From: a virus
Length of the DNA: 64,000 nt
IMG/VR virus record: IMGVR_UViG_3300002835_000148
Strand: one strand, 5' to 3'
Shown: in pieces, positions 1 to 9,369 of the stretch
Position numbering within the stretch: position 1 is the first letter of the stretch
Layout of the letters: each line of letters begins with the position of its first letter
Program-made: the position numbers and the translations under genes
Notes under the pieces: model-generated
Seen by the model: only the letters and a program-made list of their open reading frames with translations
Databases searched by the model: none
Told to the model about the DNA's origin: nothing

Positions 1-1
1 C

Positions 2-562
2 CGTCGTGCTTATGAGTCAGGTGATACGGAAGGGGTTTTGGATGCACAAAGAGCGCTACAGGATGTAGCTGTTCAGAAGTCCAGAATGAGCGATTTTAGA
101 CCGCCTATTCCTGAAGTAGAGCAACGTGAAAATAATGCTTTACAACAGCCACAACAACCTGTATATAATCAACCTCATATAGAGCAGCAGAAACCACAAG
201 CGCCTGTACGCGACCCTAGAGCGGAAGAATGGGCTTCCAAAAATCCTTGGTTCGGTGCAGATGAGGAAATGACCTCCTTGGCTTATGGCTTGCACTCTAA
301 GCTGGTAAATTCGGGTGTCGATCCGCAGTCAGATGAATACTATGCGACTATCGACAAACGCATCAGGGATGTATTTCCTGAATACTTTGGAAAGACGAAA
401 GAAAAGCCGCGAACCTCGTCCCCCGTGGCTCCTGCTGGCAGGTCAACTGCAAGTAGGAAAGTGACGCTAAATCCACATCAAGTGGCCCTAGCAAAGAAAC
501 TCGGCGTTCCATTAGCAGAATACGCTAAACACGTCGCTAAACTGGAGCAGCGCAATGGCTAA
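2..562 (+). CDS. 5'-truncated head-assembly protein (scaffold candidate), enters from left edge
   Basis: Frame open from nt 2 (RRAYESGDTEGVL..) into ORF-track 38..562. Directly upstream of the capsid cluster. Function by position only. Confidence 0.45.
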   Translation, partial: RRAYESGDTEGVLDAQRALQDVAVQKSRMSDFRPPIPEVEQRENNALQQPQQPVYNQPHIEQQKPQAPVRDPRAEEWASKNPWFGADEEMTSLAYGLHSKLVNSGVDPQSDEYYATIDKRIRDVFPEYFGKTKEKPRTSSPVAPAGRSTASRKVTLNPHQVALAKKLGVPLAEYAKHVAKLEQRNG

Positions 563-1016
563 TATCCAAATAGATAGAAAACAAAGAACCAATGAAACAC
601 GGGAAGATGAGGTACGTCAAGTATCTTGGAGGCCCGCGCACGATCTGCCGACTCCCGCACCACAGGACGGCTATGTATTTCATTGGAAACGTGTATCTAT
701 GGTAGGCCAAGCCGACCCCGCTAATATGGCTAAGGCGCGTCGTGAAGGATGGGAACCGTGCAAAGCGGAAGATCATCCTGAAATGCTGGCAGATTTCGCC
801 GCTTTTGGGCTGCAAGCCACAGGGATCATTGAAATTGGTGGTCTCGTGCTCTGTAAGTCTACTGTTGAGAACGCACTGGCGCGTAAGGCGTACTATGAAA
901 ACGCAACTCACGCTCAGACTCAAGCAGTAGATCAGAACTTTTTACGTGAAAATGACCCGCGTATGCCTCTCTTTAAGGAAGGCAGGACAAAGGTTTCTTT
1001 CGGTCGCGGTTCCTGA
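555..1016 (+). CDS. hypothetical head-module protein
   Basis: 153 aa. ATG overlaps previous ORF by 8 nt. No motif recognised. Confidence 0.6.
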   Translation: MANIQIDRKQRTNETREDEVRQVSWRPAHDLPTPAPQDGYVFHWKRVSMVGQADPANMAKARREGWEPCKAEDHPEMLADFAAFGLQATGIIEIGGLVLCKSTVENALARKAYYENATHAQTQAVDQNFLRENDPRMPLFKEGRTKVSFGRGS

Positions 1017-1053
1017 TTATTCGGGGCCGCTTAAAATTATTTAGGAGTTTACT

Positions 1054-1692
1054 ATGCCTAGTGTTTTCAATCCCGGCCCCTCCGGTTTCCTCCCGGTAAA
1101 CCTGCTGGGTGGTCGTGTATATGCGGGTTCAACCCGACACATCCCGATTGCTTCTGGTTATGCTCAGAACATCGGTTTTGGTGATCTTGTCGCTCTTGAC
1201 GCTAACGGTCAGGCCGTTCGTGTTGATACCTCTGCTGGTGCTAAGGCTGACTTTAATACCGCAAAGGTCATTGGTGTCTTCCTCGGTTGCGGTTATTCAC
1301 AGACCTCTGGGCTGAAATATACGCTTAACGCTCAGAACTGGGTGTCAGGCACCACTGCTTCTGATGTTTATGCTGTTGTCGTAGATGACCCGGATGCCAT
1401 TTTTCAGGTAACTCTGACCAATGCTTCTGGTGTTCAGTACACCTCTTCTGCGGCTACTCAGTCCAATGTTGGTAACAACATCGGTTACTACCAGCCCGCT
1501 ACGTTCGTTAATGCCTCTGGCAATAGCACCGTGTCTGCAAACCTTGCGTCTGCAACTACCACCAGCACCCTGCCCTTCCGTATTATTGACGTAGTGCAGG
1601 AAAGTGCCCTACCGTCTGATGGATCGTTTACGCAGGTTCTGGTTACGTATAACTTCGGTCTGCATTTCTATCGTCAGGCTACAGGCATCTAA
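1054..1692 (+). CDS. hypothetical head-module protein (scaffold or decoration candidate)
   Basis: 212 aa. AGGAG 6 nt before ATG. Immediately precedes the capsid gene. Confidence 0.6.
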   Translation: MPSVFNPGPSGFLPVNLLGGRVYAGSTRHIPIASGYAQNIGFGDLVALDANGQAVRVDTSAGAKADFNTAKVIGVFLGCGYSQTSGLKYTLNAQNWVSGTTASDVYAVVVDDPDAIFQVTLTNASGVQYTSSAATQSNVGNNIGYYQPATFVNASGNSTVSANLASATTTSTLPFRIIDVVQESALPSDGSFTQVLVTYNFGLHFYRQATGI

Positions 1693-1705
1693 GGAGTAAT
1701 TATCA

Positions 1706-2614
1706 ATGGCTGCTATTTCACGCGCGCAACTACTTAAAGAACTGCTCCCCGGCCTGAACGCCCTGTTCGGTCTGGAATACGCACGTTATGGTGAAGAATG
1801 GAAAGAACTGTTTGAGATCGAAAGTTCTGACCGTTCCTTTGAAGAAGAACAGAAGCTGTCCGGTTTCGGCGCTGCTCCTGTAAAGAACGAAGGCTCTGCT
1901 ATCACCTATGACACCGCTCAGGAAGCATGGTCTACCCGATACACCCACGAAACCATCGCTCTTGGCTTCTCTCTGACCGAGGAAGCTGTAGAAGATAACC
2001 TGTATGACTCTCTGTCTGCTCGTTATACTAAGGCGCTGGCTCGTGCTATGGCGTACACCAAGGAAGTCAAGGGCGCTAACGTGCTCAACAACGGCTTCAA
2101 CGCTAACTACCCCGGCGGCGACGGCAAACAGCTTTTCAGCAACGCTCACCCGTTGGTTAATGGCTCTACCCTGTCTAACGTACCTTCTACCCCCACTGAC
2201 CTGAATGAAACTTCTCTTGAGAACGCCGTCATTCAGATTTCTCTGTGGACTGACGAACGTGGACTGCTCATCGCAGCAAAACCGAAGAAGCTGATTATTC
2301 CTCCGGCTCTTCAGTTCGTTGCTACCCGTCTGTTGGAAACCCAGCTTCGTGTTGGCACCACCGACAACGACATCAACGCTCTGGTTAACAACGGCTCTAT
2401 TCCGGGCGGCTACAGCATCAACCACTTCTTGACCGACACGAACGCTTGGTTCTTGCAGACTGACGTTCCTAACGGCCTGAAGCACTTCGTTCGTGCTGCT
2501 CTGGCTACCTCTATGGATAGCGACTTCGATACCGGCAACGCCCGTTACAAGGCTCGTGAAAGGTACTCGTACGGTTGGAGTGACCCGCTGGCTATGTTCG
2601 GCTCGCAGGGCTAA
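1706..2614 (+). CDS. major capsid protein (HK97-fold type)
   Basis: 302 aa. AAGGAG before ATG. The pattern EEQKLSGFGAAPVKNEGSAITYD resembles podovirus coat proteins from memory. Followed by a strong hairpin terminator. Position fits a capsid gene. Confidence 0.72.
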   Translation: MAAISRAQLLKELLPGLNALFGLEYARYGEEWKELFEIESSDRSFEEEQKLSGFGAAPVKNEGSAITYDTAQEAWSTRYTHETIALGFSLTEEAVEDNLYDSLSARYTKALARAMAYTKEVKGANVLNNGFNANYPGGDGKQLFSNAHPLVNGSTLSNVPSTPTDLNETSLENAVIQISLWTDERGLLIAAKPKKLIIPPALQFVATRLLETQLRVGTTDNDINALVNNGSIPGGYSINHFLTDTNAWFLQTDVPNGLKHFVRAALATSMDSDFDTGNARYKARERYSYGWSDPLAMFGSQG

Positions 2615-2636
2615 ACCTTGTAAATCAAGGACTTGG

Positions 2637-2659
2637 AAGGGGCTTCGGCCCCTTTCTTT
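2637..2659 (+). terminator. rho-independent terminator after capsid gene
   Basis: AAGGGGC-TTCG-GCCCCTT hairpin followed by TCTTT, 23 nt after the capsid stop. Confidence 0.7.
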
Positions 2660-2669
2660 GGATAAAATT

Positions 2670-3326
2670 ATGAACAAAACTATTTTTGAAGGTAATAAAG
2701 CATTTATCGGCGCTGAACATGGGAAGCCCCTATTTTTGTCTGAAGTCGATAAGAGAAAGGTTAAAGCCATAGCAGGTAAATACGGTGTTTGGTACGAAGG
2801 CGCGGGGGGTGATGTTGAATCTAACGCAAGTTTGTTTGCGCCTGAAGACTACGAAGGGTCGTGGGATGACAAGTTTGCTGGCTCTGTACAAGGCTATCCC
2901 TATGAGTTTTTGTACACGATTTTCACTAATACCTCGGTTAACAAGCAAGCAAAAGCCTTGACTGCTCCCAGCAAAACCATATTCGCCAGCATCATGGCCG
3001 CACAAGAAAAAGTAGGCTACTTCAAAGACAGAAAATTTGGAGAAAATACTCTGCGAAAATTTCTTATAAATTGTGCAAGTGTGGGCATAAATTTCTTGGT
3101 GATGAGCCAGAAGAAAGCTACTGCGGATAACGTGGCCCAGTTTCTTAAAGCGGGCGAACAGTTGATGTGGCCTTCAAACTGGTCGGAGTACCCCAATGCT
3201 GCGGGTAAAGCTATGAAAAAAGCCGAAGAAGCTAGGATAAAGTTCCTTAAAAGTGCCGCTTCTGGGGTATATGTAGTGGGTAAAGACCACTTAAAATTTT
3301 TAGTTGACACGCACCGAAAACCCTAG
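2670..3326 (+). CDS. hypothetical protein, moron-like insert in head module
   Basis: ATG 2670 is in frame with ORF-track 2493..3326, whose upstream part overlaps the capsid gene and terminator. 218 aa. The 5' end looks AT-rich. GAEHG near the N-terminus and VGKDHL near the C-terminus loosely recall TraB/GumN-type proteins. Confidence 0.55.
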   Translation: MNKTIFEGNKAFIGAEHGKPLFLSEVDKRKVKAIAGKYGVWYEGAGGDVESNASLFAPEDYEGSWDDKFAGSVQGYPYEFLYTIFTNTSVNKQAKALTAPSKTIFASIMAAQEKVGYFKDRKFGENTLRKFLINCASVGINFLVMSQKKATADNVAQFLKAGEQLMWPSNWSEYPNAAGKAMKKAEEARIKFLKSAASGVYVVGKDHLKFLVDTHRKP

Positions 3327-3332
3327 TATAAG
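3304..3332 (+). promoter_or_regulatory. sigma70-type promoter
   Basis: TTGACA (3304-3309), 17 nt spacer, TATAAG (3327-3332). Lies 90 nt upstream of ATG 3423. Confidence 0.55.
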
Positions 3333-3422
3333 AAAACTAAATCTGGGACTTTTTATTTTGCCTGTCAGACTGGCCCAGCAGACTAGCACACGATTTCAGG
3401 CGCAAGTGCATGAGGAAATTCG

Positions 3423-3863
3423 ATGGCTTTTTCAACCTTCTCTGGCCCAATTCGCTCTGGTACTGTTCGTTACGGTACTGGCAATAATACCGGCGTTGCC
3501 GTTCTCGCACAGTCAGCCTCTCTTGGTCTGACTACTTCTGTTGCCTGCGTCCTCCCTGCTGGTGCACAGATTCTGAATATCTTCATTGACGTAACCACTA
3601 CGTTCACTACCAGCTCGACGCTGGCTGTTGGCGACGGCACCACTGCTGATAAATACGTCACGGCGATTACCACTCCTACTGCTGGCCGTCAGACTATTAC
3701 GTTCACCGCAGCGCAGCTCACGGCTATGTCTAACATTGGCACTACTGATGTGGCGGTAACTATCACTATGGCAGGCACCACTGCTGTTGCAGGTGCGGGA
3801 TTCATTACCGTTGTCTATGCACAGAAAGCTAGCGATGGCTCACAAGACCCAGCAACTCCGTAA
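3423..3863 (+). CDS. virion protein (decoration-like candidate)
   Basis: 146 aa, T/A/G-rich, starts MAFSTFSGPIRSGT. Has its own promoter. Function not assignable. Confidence 0.55.
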   Translation: MAFSTFSGPIRSGTVRYGTGNNTGVAVLAQSASLGLTTSVACVLPAGAQILNIFIDVTTTFTTSSTLAVGDGTTADKYVTAITTPTAGRQTITFTAAQLTAMSNIGTTDVAVTITMAGTTAVAGAGFITVVYAQKASDGSQDPATP

Positions 3864-3874
3864 GTAGTTAGCAA

Positions 3875-4123
3875 ATGGTTACACCAGTGGAACCGCAAGT
3901 TATAGTAGACGCTGTTATCGCACTGGTCGGTGCTTTGTTTGGTTGGTTGTTCAAGATGGTCTGGGATGCTATCAAAGAGCTACAGAAAGACATCAAGGAT
4001 ACCAACCAAACTATCCATGAAAGCTACGTCAGAAAAGACGACTACCGCGTTGAGATTGCTGAGATCAAAGGCATGTTCAACCGGATAATGGATAAGCTAG
4101 ACGGCAAGGTAGATAAACAATGA
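3875..4123 (+). CDS. small membrane-anchored coiled-coil protein
   Basis: 82 aa. Hydrophobic helix VIVDAVIALVGALFGWLFKMVW followed by a charged tail. Stop overlaps the next ATG (ATGA). Confidence 0.55.
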   Translation: MVTPVEPQVIVDAVIALVGALFGWLFKMVWDAIKELQKDIKDTNQTIHESYVRKDDYRVEIAEIKGMFNRIMDKLDGKVDKQ

Positions 4124-4374
4124 CCAGACCTTCACGCGGAGTTGCCGCAATACAGAAAAAAGCCAGAGGAAATGATATGAAAGCTAAGAATGTTTCCATG
4201 AAAAAGACCAAGATGTCTGTCAAAAAGCCTATGGACAGAGCAAGCCTCGGCCCCGCTATGAGCGCCGGAGCTATTCCGGGCATGAAAATGGGCGGTTCTT
4301 GTAAGGGTTATGCTAAGGGCGGCTCTATTGATGGTGTTGCTAAGAAAGGCAAAACCAAAGGCAAAATGTGCTAA
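4120..4374 (+). CDS. small Lys/Gly-rich protein
   Basis: 84 aa. C-terminal YAKGGSIDGVAKKGKTKG matches the C-terminus of the next ORF. Confidence 0.55.
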   Translation: MTRPSRGVAAIQKKARGNDMKAKNVSMKKTKMSVKKPMDRASLGPAMSAGAIPGMKMGGSCKGYAKGGSIDGVAKKGKTKGKMC

Positions 4375-4383
4375 GAGGGTATT

Positions 4384-5091
4384 ATGGCTAAACCATATCA
4401 AAAGTACAGTAAAACGCGCCGCCCCGTTAGTAAAACTCCCGGAAAAGTCAGTGCAACGCCGGAAAAACTCCCTGAGCCTAAGACCTCCCGCATAGGAAGA
4501 ATGGCCTCTCGCACTCTCGGCGGGTTGGGGCTTATGGCTTACAGCCCTGCGGTTGGAGAAGGATCAGATAAGCCCAAAAACTATCCGGGAGAAGGGTTGA
4601 AAGCGAAGGAAAAATCTTCCCCTGCAAAGCCCACTGCTACCGGAATGGAGCGATATAGAGAACCTGCGACTTCGGCCCGTGCATCTTCTGCGGCGGCAAA
4701 GCCCGTGAGCGCCCCGGTGAAAGTTTCTGAATACCCGCCAAAAGGGTCGTCTATTGACACCACTGAGCTTAAACGCTATCGGGATACTAACGCAGCGGAT
4801 AGTTCTAAAGCAAAACCTTCTACCCCCGCTTCCACTAAGCCGGTAAAACGCCCAGTGAAAAGCGCTAGCACCAGCTCTGCAAGTGCTAGAAAAAGTTCGG
4901 CAAGCGATAGATATGATCCAAACCTTGATTCTTCTGTAGCAGTGGGCACCACCGCCCGTGCTTCTATGGGGCCATCAGGTATGCGCTATGAAAATACTCC
5001 TCGCGGGCAGACTTTCAAAAAGGGCGGGTCTGTCAAAAGCCGTGGTGACGGCATAGCGCAACGCGGGCATACTAAAGGAAGGTTTGTGTAA
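4384..5091 (+). CDS. low-complexity basic virion-module protein
   Basis: 235 aa, S/P/A/K-rich. C-terminal FKKGGSVKSRGDGIAQRGHTKG. Confidence 0.55.
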   Translation: MAKPYQKYSKTRRPVSKTPGKVSATPEKLPEPKTSRIGRMASRTLGGLGLMAYSPAVGEGSDKPKNYPGEGLKAKEKSSPAKPTATGMERYREPATSARASSAAAKPVSAPVKVSEYPPKGSSIDTTELKRYRDTNAADSSKAKPSTPASTKPVKRPVKSASTSSASARKSSASDRYDPNLDSSVAVGTTARASMGPSGMRYENTPRGQTFKKGGSVKSRGDGIAQRGHTKGRFV

Positions 5092-5516
5092 TGGCTGGGG
5101 GAGGACAGAATATAGGCGAGCTGCTGAATCAGCAGAACCCGATGGGGCAGTTTAATACGCAGTCTGGCTATAATAATTTTGCCTCCCCTAACCAGAACTT
5201 CATGCAGTATCCACAGCAGGGGCAGCCAAACCAGCCCACCCAACCACCGGACTTTATGCCTGTGCTGGCAAGCCAAACACCTCCTGTTATCAACACGGGT
5301 GGGCCTAATGCTGGAGGGGATTACCCAAGCACGAACATGGGTTTTGACGGCAGTGGGAGTGATAGCGGAGTTGGAGGGCAGCCTGTAACGCAGCCGCAGA
5401 CGCCTTTACAGCAAGGTAATAAGCCTATAGGATTGAATCAATATCGTCCACAGCAAGGGCTTCAGATTCAGGGTAATCCAACTGCATCATTTGTGCAAAA
5501 CCCCCAACAGAGATAA
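5091..5516 (+). CDS. Q/N/P/G-rich low-complexity protein
   Basis: 141 aa. TAATG overlap with the previous stop. Confidence 0.55.
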   Translation: MAGGGQNIGELLNQQNPMGQFNTQSGYNNFASPNQNFMQYPQQGQPNQPTQPPDFMPVLASQTPPVINTGGPNAGGDYPSTNMGFDGSGSDSGVGGQPVTQPQTPLQQGNKPIGLNQYRPQQGLQIQGNPTASFVQNPQQR

Positions 5517-5519
5517 AAC

Positions 5520-5810
5520 ATGCAACCGCAAGTCCGATCACAGACAGCCGCAGGATCAACTTCTCCAATAGTCACAGACTACTACATCTCTCCGTTCAAT
5601 GTAGGGTTTGGCGTTGTGGTATCTGGCACTGTTAACTACACCGTGCAGCATACCTTCGATGGTACTACATGGTTTGACCATCCAACCATAGCAAGTAAAG
5701 GCACTAATCAGGACGGCAACTATGCTTTTCCTGTACTACAAGTTCGCCTAACAGTAAACTCAGGGGGTGGTACGGCTACTCTCACGCTGATTCAGGCGGG
5801 TAAACCCTAA
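5520..5810 (+). CDS. hypothetical protein
   Basis: 96 aa. Tightly packed in the late operon. No motif recognised. Confidence 0.55.
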   Translation: MQPQVRSQTAAGSTSPIVTDYYISPFNVGFGVVVSGTVNYTVQHTFDGTTWFDHPTIASKGTNQDGNYAFPVLQVRLTVNSGGGTATLTLIQAGKP

Positions 5811-6109
5811 TGCCCTATGTGGGTGGTTGGGGTACTGGGCCTTGGGGCACTGGGCCTTGGGGCACAACAGGCGCCGTTATTTCGTATGTAGGGTTTACAG
5901 GCGTTGCCAATCTCGCAAACACTTCGACAGGAACGGCGATTAGCGTTGTCGCTAATGCCTATAGTGATTTTGGTGATGACGTAGGGGACCACGGTGTTGT
6001 TGATCTATACACCACATATGTACCGCTCCCCACTGATTCCTTCATATCTATGGAGTCTACAGGATACGTCCTGCAAGAATCCGACAGCAAAATTTACCTA
6101 GAGACCTAA
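5810..6109 (+). CDS. hypothetical protein with GPWGT repeats
   Basis: 99 aa. N-terminal GWGTGPWGTGPWGT. TAATG overlap. Confidence 0.55.
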   Translation: MPYVGGWGTGPWGTGPWGTTGAVISYVGFTGVANLANTSTGTAISVVANAYSDFGDDVGDHGVVDLYTTYVPLPTDSFISMESTGYVLQESDSKIYLET

Positions 6110-6112
6110 TCA

Positions 6113-7111
6113 ATGCCTGACACAAAAATCTCAGCAATGCCCGGTGCAGCTACCCTCACGGGTACAGAGATTGTGCCGTTGGTTCAAACTGGGGCTAATG
6201 TTCAAACGACAGTAACCAATTTTGTTGGGCAGGCTCTTGACGTTACTCCTGCCACGATACCCAGAGGTGGTACCAACCTAACAACCTACACGCTGGGGGA
6301 TACTCTCTACTCCTCTGCTGCGAACACGTTAGCAAAGCTGGCGGGCAACACCACCACTACGCAGAAATTCTTGACTCAGACCGGCACAGGTGCAGCTTCT
6401 GCTGCACCTGTATGGAAAGCGCTTAGCCCATCTGACATAAACACTCAGTACGGTGCGTTTCATTACGACTATACCACTACCCTGACAAGCACTATTAACG
6501 GTACTGTTGGTACTATTCCAGTTGTCTCCACGACAGGTTTTTCTTCGACTGGTGCACTCATCATTGGTAACGAGATTATCACGTACACGGGTATTACAGC
6601 TACTTCGTTTACCGGGTGTACTCGCGGGGTAAATAGTTCAGTAGATAGCACACATACGGCTGGTGCTTATGTAGGAGGAGCGCAGGTTGCTACAGCAAAC
6701 ACGGCTACTTTGCTTCAGATCAATACAGTCGATCTCAGTAATGGTGTGTCGCTTAACACTACGACAAATGAGTTATCGGTAGCAGTAGCAGGCACGTACA
6801 ACCTCGCTTTTAGCATCCAACTATTTAACACAGGTAACAGCCAAGATTTTAGCAATGTTTGGTTCGTACTTGATGGGGCAAATATAGCCTCTACAGCGAG
6901 TTGGGCAACTACGGCGGCGAGATCGGGGCAAGTACCCGGAGCAGTAATTATGGCTGCTAATGTGTTTTTGACGCTGACAACATCCAATAAAGTCACTATG
7001 AAATGGTTAACTACCAATGGAGATACTTCCGTTGTAACCTATGCGCCTAGCGTAAGCCCGTCATATCCGGCAGCCCCTGCTGTCATCGTAACCGTCAATC
7101 AGGTGTCTTAA
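6113..7111 (+). CDS. tail fibre/spike protein
   Basis: 332 aa. The N-terminal MPDTKISAMPGAATLTGTEIVPLVQ motif is common on podovirus fibre N-termini (from memory). The remainder is T/S/G/A/N-rich. Confidence 0.6.
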   Translation: MPDTKISAMPGAATLTGTEIVPLVQTGANVQTTVTNFVGQALDVTPATIPRGGTNLTTYTLGDTLYSSAANTLAKLAGNTTTTQKFLTQTGTGAASAAPVWKALSPSDINTQYGAFHYDYTTTLTSTINGTVGTIPVVSTTGFSSTGALIIGNEIITYTGITATSFTGCTRGVNSSVDSTHTAGAYVGGAQVATANTATLLQINTVDLSNGVSLNTTTNELSVAVAGTYNLAFSIQLFNTGNSQDFSNVWFVLDGANIASTASWATTAARSGQVPGAVIMAANVFLTLTTSNKVTMKWLTTNGDTSVVTYAPSVSPSYPAAPAVIVTVNQVS

Positions 7112-7269
7112 TGGCTAAAGAAATCTGGGACAAACCAAGGCCGAAAGGATTGGGCAAACCGAAGAAACTAAGCTCGGCTAAAAAGACTGCGGCCAAGGCT
7201 ATGGCTAAAAAAGCAGGTCGTCCGTATCCGAATCTCGTTGATAACTTAAGAGCTGCGAGGAAGAAATAA
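7111..7269 (+). CDS. small Lys-rich protein
   Basis: 52 aa, below the ORF-track cutoff. Sequence KPRPKGLGKPKKLSSAKK..AGRPYPNLVDN. TAATG overlaps at both ends. Confidence 0.5.
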   Translation: MAKEIWDKPRPKGLGKPKKLSSAKKTAAKAMAKKAGRPYPNLVDNLRAARKK

Positions 7270-7529
7270 TGGCTAAATCACCTGCATGGACTAGAGCAGA
7301 AGGTAAGAATCCGAAGGGCGGCCTCAATGCAAAGGGTCGCGCTAGTGCTAAAGCTCAGGGCATGAACCTGAAACCCCCCGCTCCTAAACCCAAAACAGAA
7401 AAAGACGCAGCTAGGCGTAAGTCATTTTGCTCCCGTATGAAGGGTATGAAAAAGGTTAATACCTCTGCTAAGACAGCTAAAGACCCTAACAGCCGTATAA
7501 ATAAAAGTCTGCGTGCTTGGAATTGTTAA
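7269..7529 (+). CDS. small basic protein
   Basis: 86 aa. Sequence NPKGGLNAKGRAS..RRKSFCSRM..LRAWNC. Looks like a conserved small phage protein. Confidence 0.55.
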   Translation: MAKSPAWTRAEGKNPKGGLNAKGRASAKAQGMNLKPPAPKPKTEKDAARRKSFCSRMKGMKKVNTSAKTAKDPNSRINKSLRAWNC

Positions 7530-7541
7530 CTAGGAAAAGCT

Positions 7542-8600
7542 ATGGCAACTTACTTTACTCTCGATTTGGTGCCGCAAGGCGGTGGGTTGCTAGGGTCTCC
7601 TGTGTCTGTTGGAGTGGTAAACAACGGCACAACCTTTGCCGTTCCTATCTTTGAAGACGAAGCGTTAACTATACCACTGGCTAACCCCTTCAACATAACT
7701 ACTACAAACATACACTTTTGGGTAGCTAATGGGGCAATAAGCTACGACATCCTTCTTAATGGGGGCAATCTTTTATCCCCTGTTACGATCAGCAACATCT
7801 GGACGTTACCGGGGCCGATCTGGGCTGATGTGTCTACATTTTGGGAAGACCGTGCCTCCGAGTGGGCGTACATTTCTCCCTACATTGTCGCCGTGGCTTC
7901 TCGGTCTGAAGAGGCAATGTGGACGCCAGACATGGCGGAAATCATTGAAGAAGCCTATGAGCGATGTGGGGTCGAGGTTCGTACCGGCTACCAATTCCGC
8001 ACTGCTAGGCGCAGCTTGAATCTACTCTTTCAAGAGTGGGCTAATCGTGGGTTGAACCTCTGGACTATCGAGCAGGGCGAAATTCCTTTGAATGTCGGGC
8101 AGGTTGCCTATGAACTGCCGAATGATACTGTTGACCTGATAGAGCATGTAATACGCCAAAACCAAGGCAGTCAGTACAATCAGGTTGACCTGCAAATCTC
8201 ACGCATCGCGGTGCCTACATACGCCACTATACCCAATAAACTCGCACAGGGTAGACCTATTCAGCTTTATGTAGACAGGCAAGCACCGACTCCGATTGTC
8301 CGAGTGTGGCCTACTGCGAATGTGACGGGATACACTTTGGTGTACTGGAGACTGCGGCGTATCAGAGATGCCATGAAGCCGGGGTATGGGCAGATGGATA
8401 TTCCGTTTCGTTTCATGCCACCACTGATCGCTGGCCTTTCCTATTACCTGTCTTTGAAGGAAGTCAGTGCTACGAACAGAACCCCAATGCTCAAGCAGAT
8501 GTATGACGAAGCATTTGATCTTGCTAGCCGTGAGGACAGAGATCGTTCACCAGTAAGGTTTGTGCCGAGGATTGTAGGGATTGGTAGCGGTGGCTGGTAA
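7542..8600 (+). CDS. structural protein, head-tail adaptor-like (tentative)
   Basis: 352 aa. The segment EEAYERCGVEVRTGYQFRTARRSLNLLFQEWANRGLNLW resembles adaptor-type proteins of some podoviruses from memory. Unverified. Confidence 0.4.
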   Translation: MATYFTLDLVPQGGGLLGSPVSVGVVNNGTTFAVPIFEDEALTIPLANPFNITTTNIHFWVANGAISYDILLNGGNLLSPVTISNIWTLPGPIWADVSTFWEDRASEWAYISPYIVAVASRSEEAMWTPDMAEIIEEAYERCGVEVRTGYQFRTARRSLNLLFQEWANRGLNLWTIEQGEIPLNVGQVAYELPNDTVDLIEHVIRQNQGSQYNQVDLQISRIAVPTYATIPNKLAQGRPIQLYVDRQAPTPIVRVWPTANVTGYTLVYWRLRRIRDAMKPGYGQMDIPFRFMPPLIAGLSYYLSLKEVSATNRTPMLKQMYDEAFDLASREDRDRSPVRFVPRIVGIGSGGW

Positions 8601-8944
8601 TGTCTAAGAACTTCGCTTCTGAAAAAAAAGCCATAGGGCTATGCGATAGATGCGCCCAAAGATACCCTCTTAAGAAACTGCGAACCTATGTTGTCAAAGG
8701 TCGGGTCATCAATCAAAGGGTTTGCCCTACGTGCTGGGACCCAGATCACCCGCAATTATGGGTAGGCATTATCGGTGCTCAAAAGGCAACTAACGATCCT
8801 CAAGCCCTGAGAAACCCTCGTCCTGACACTAACCTGAATGACAGCAGAGGGTTGTTTGCGTGGAATCCTGTCGCCACTCAGACCATAGCAACGACAGTCA
8901 ATAGTGTTATAATTTCACAATTCGATTCATTCTCTGAAACCTAA
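8600..8944 (+). CDS. zinc-ribbon protein
   Basis: 114 aa. CDRC...CPTC four-Cys motif. TAATG overlap. Confidence 0.55.
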   Translation: MSKNFASEKKAIGLCDRCAQRYPLKKLRTYVVKGRVINQRVCPTCWDPDHPQLWVGIIGAQKATNDPQALRNPRPDTNLNDSRGLFAWNPVATQTIATTVNSVIISQFDSFSET

Positions 8945-8957
8945 CGAGGTTAGTAAG

Positions 8958-9182
8958 ATGGCTAAGACTAAATGGGAAGGTTCTGCTAAAGACGTTGCCC
9001 AAGACAAAAAACTAGCGAAAAAGCACAAGATGTCTTTTTCTGACTGGGAGAAATCTTCAATGGACAAAAAGCATGATACGCAGAAGTCCATGAAGGGTCT
9101 AAAGAAGGGCGGTGTCACCACTGCTGAAGCTAAGAAAATGGGCCGTAATCTGGCCCGCGTTGCAAATCAGAGGACAAAGTAA
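8958..9182 (+). CDS. small Lys-rich protein
   Basis: 74 aa. Contains the LKKGGV motif. Confidence 0.5.
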   Translation: MAKTKWEGSAKDVAQDKKLAKKHKMSFSDWEKSSMDKKHDTQKSMKGLKKGGVTTAEAKKMGRNLARVANQRTK

Positions 9183-9367
9183 TGCGTAAATCCAAACCTG
9201 TATGCTGCGATCATAAAGAAGGCAGCGCTGAGTACGCGGGTGTTAAACAAGTAGAAACCCCTAAAGGCAACGGCTATCCTGTAGAACTGACCGCAGAAAA
9301 AACTGTACAGGTTCGTGGTACTGGCGCTGCTACTAAAGGAACTAAAGCATCTAGCAAAATGGGCTAA
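9182..9367 (+). CDS. small hypothetical protein
   Basis: 61 aa. ATG overlaps the previous stop. Confidence 0.45.
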   Translation: MRKSKPVCCDHKEGSAEYAGVKQVETPKGNGYPVELTAEKTVQVRGTGAATKGTKASSKMG

Positions 9368-9369
9368 AG

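Noticed and set aside
1730-2770. 346-aa minus-strand ORF covering the capsid gene
   Set aside because: It is antisense to a well-supported, highly expressed gene. Its translation is low-complexity with no start context. This is a typical shadow ORF from codon bias.
3304-3531. 75-aa ORF spanning the promoter, leader and start of gene 3423..3863
   Set aside because: It begins inside the promoter and overlaps the better-supported downstream gene in another frame. No SD.
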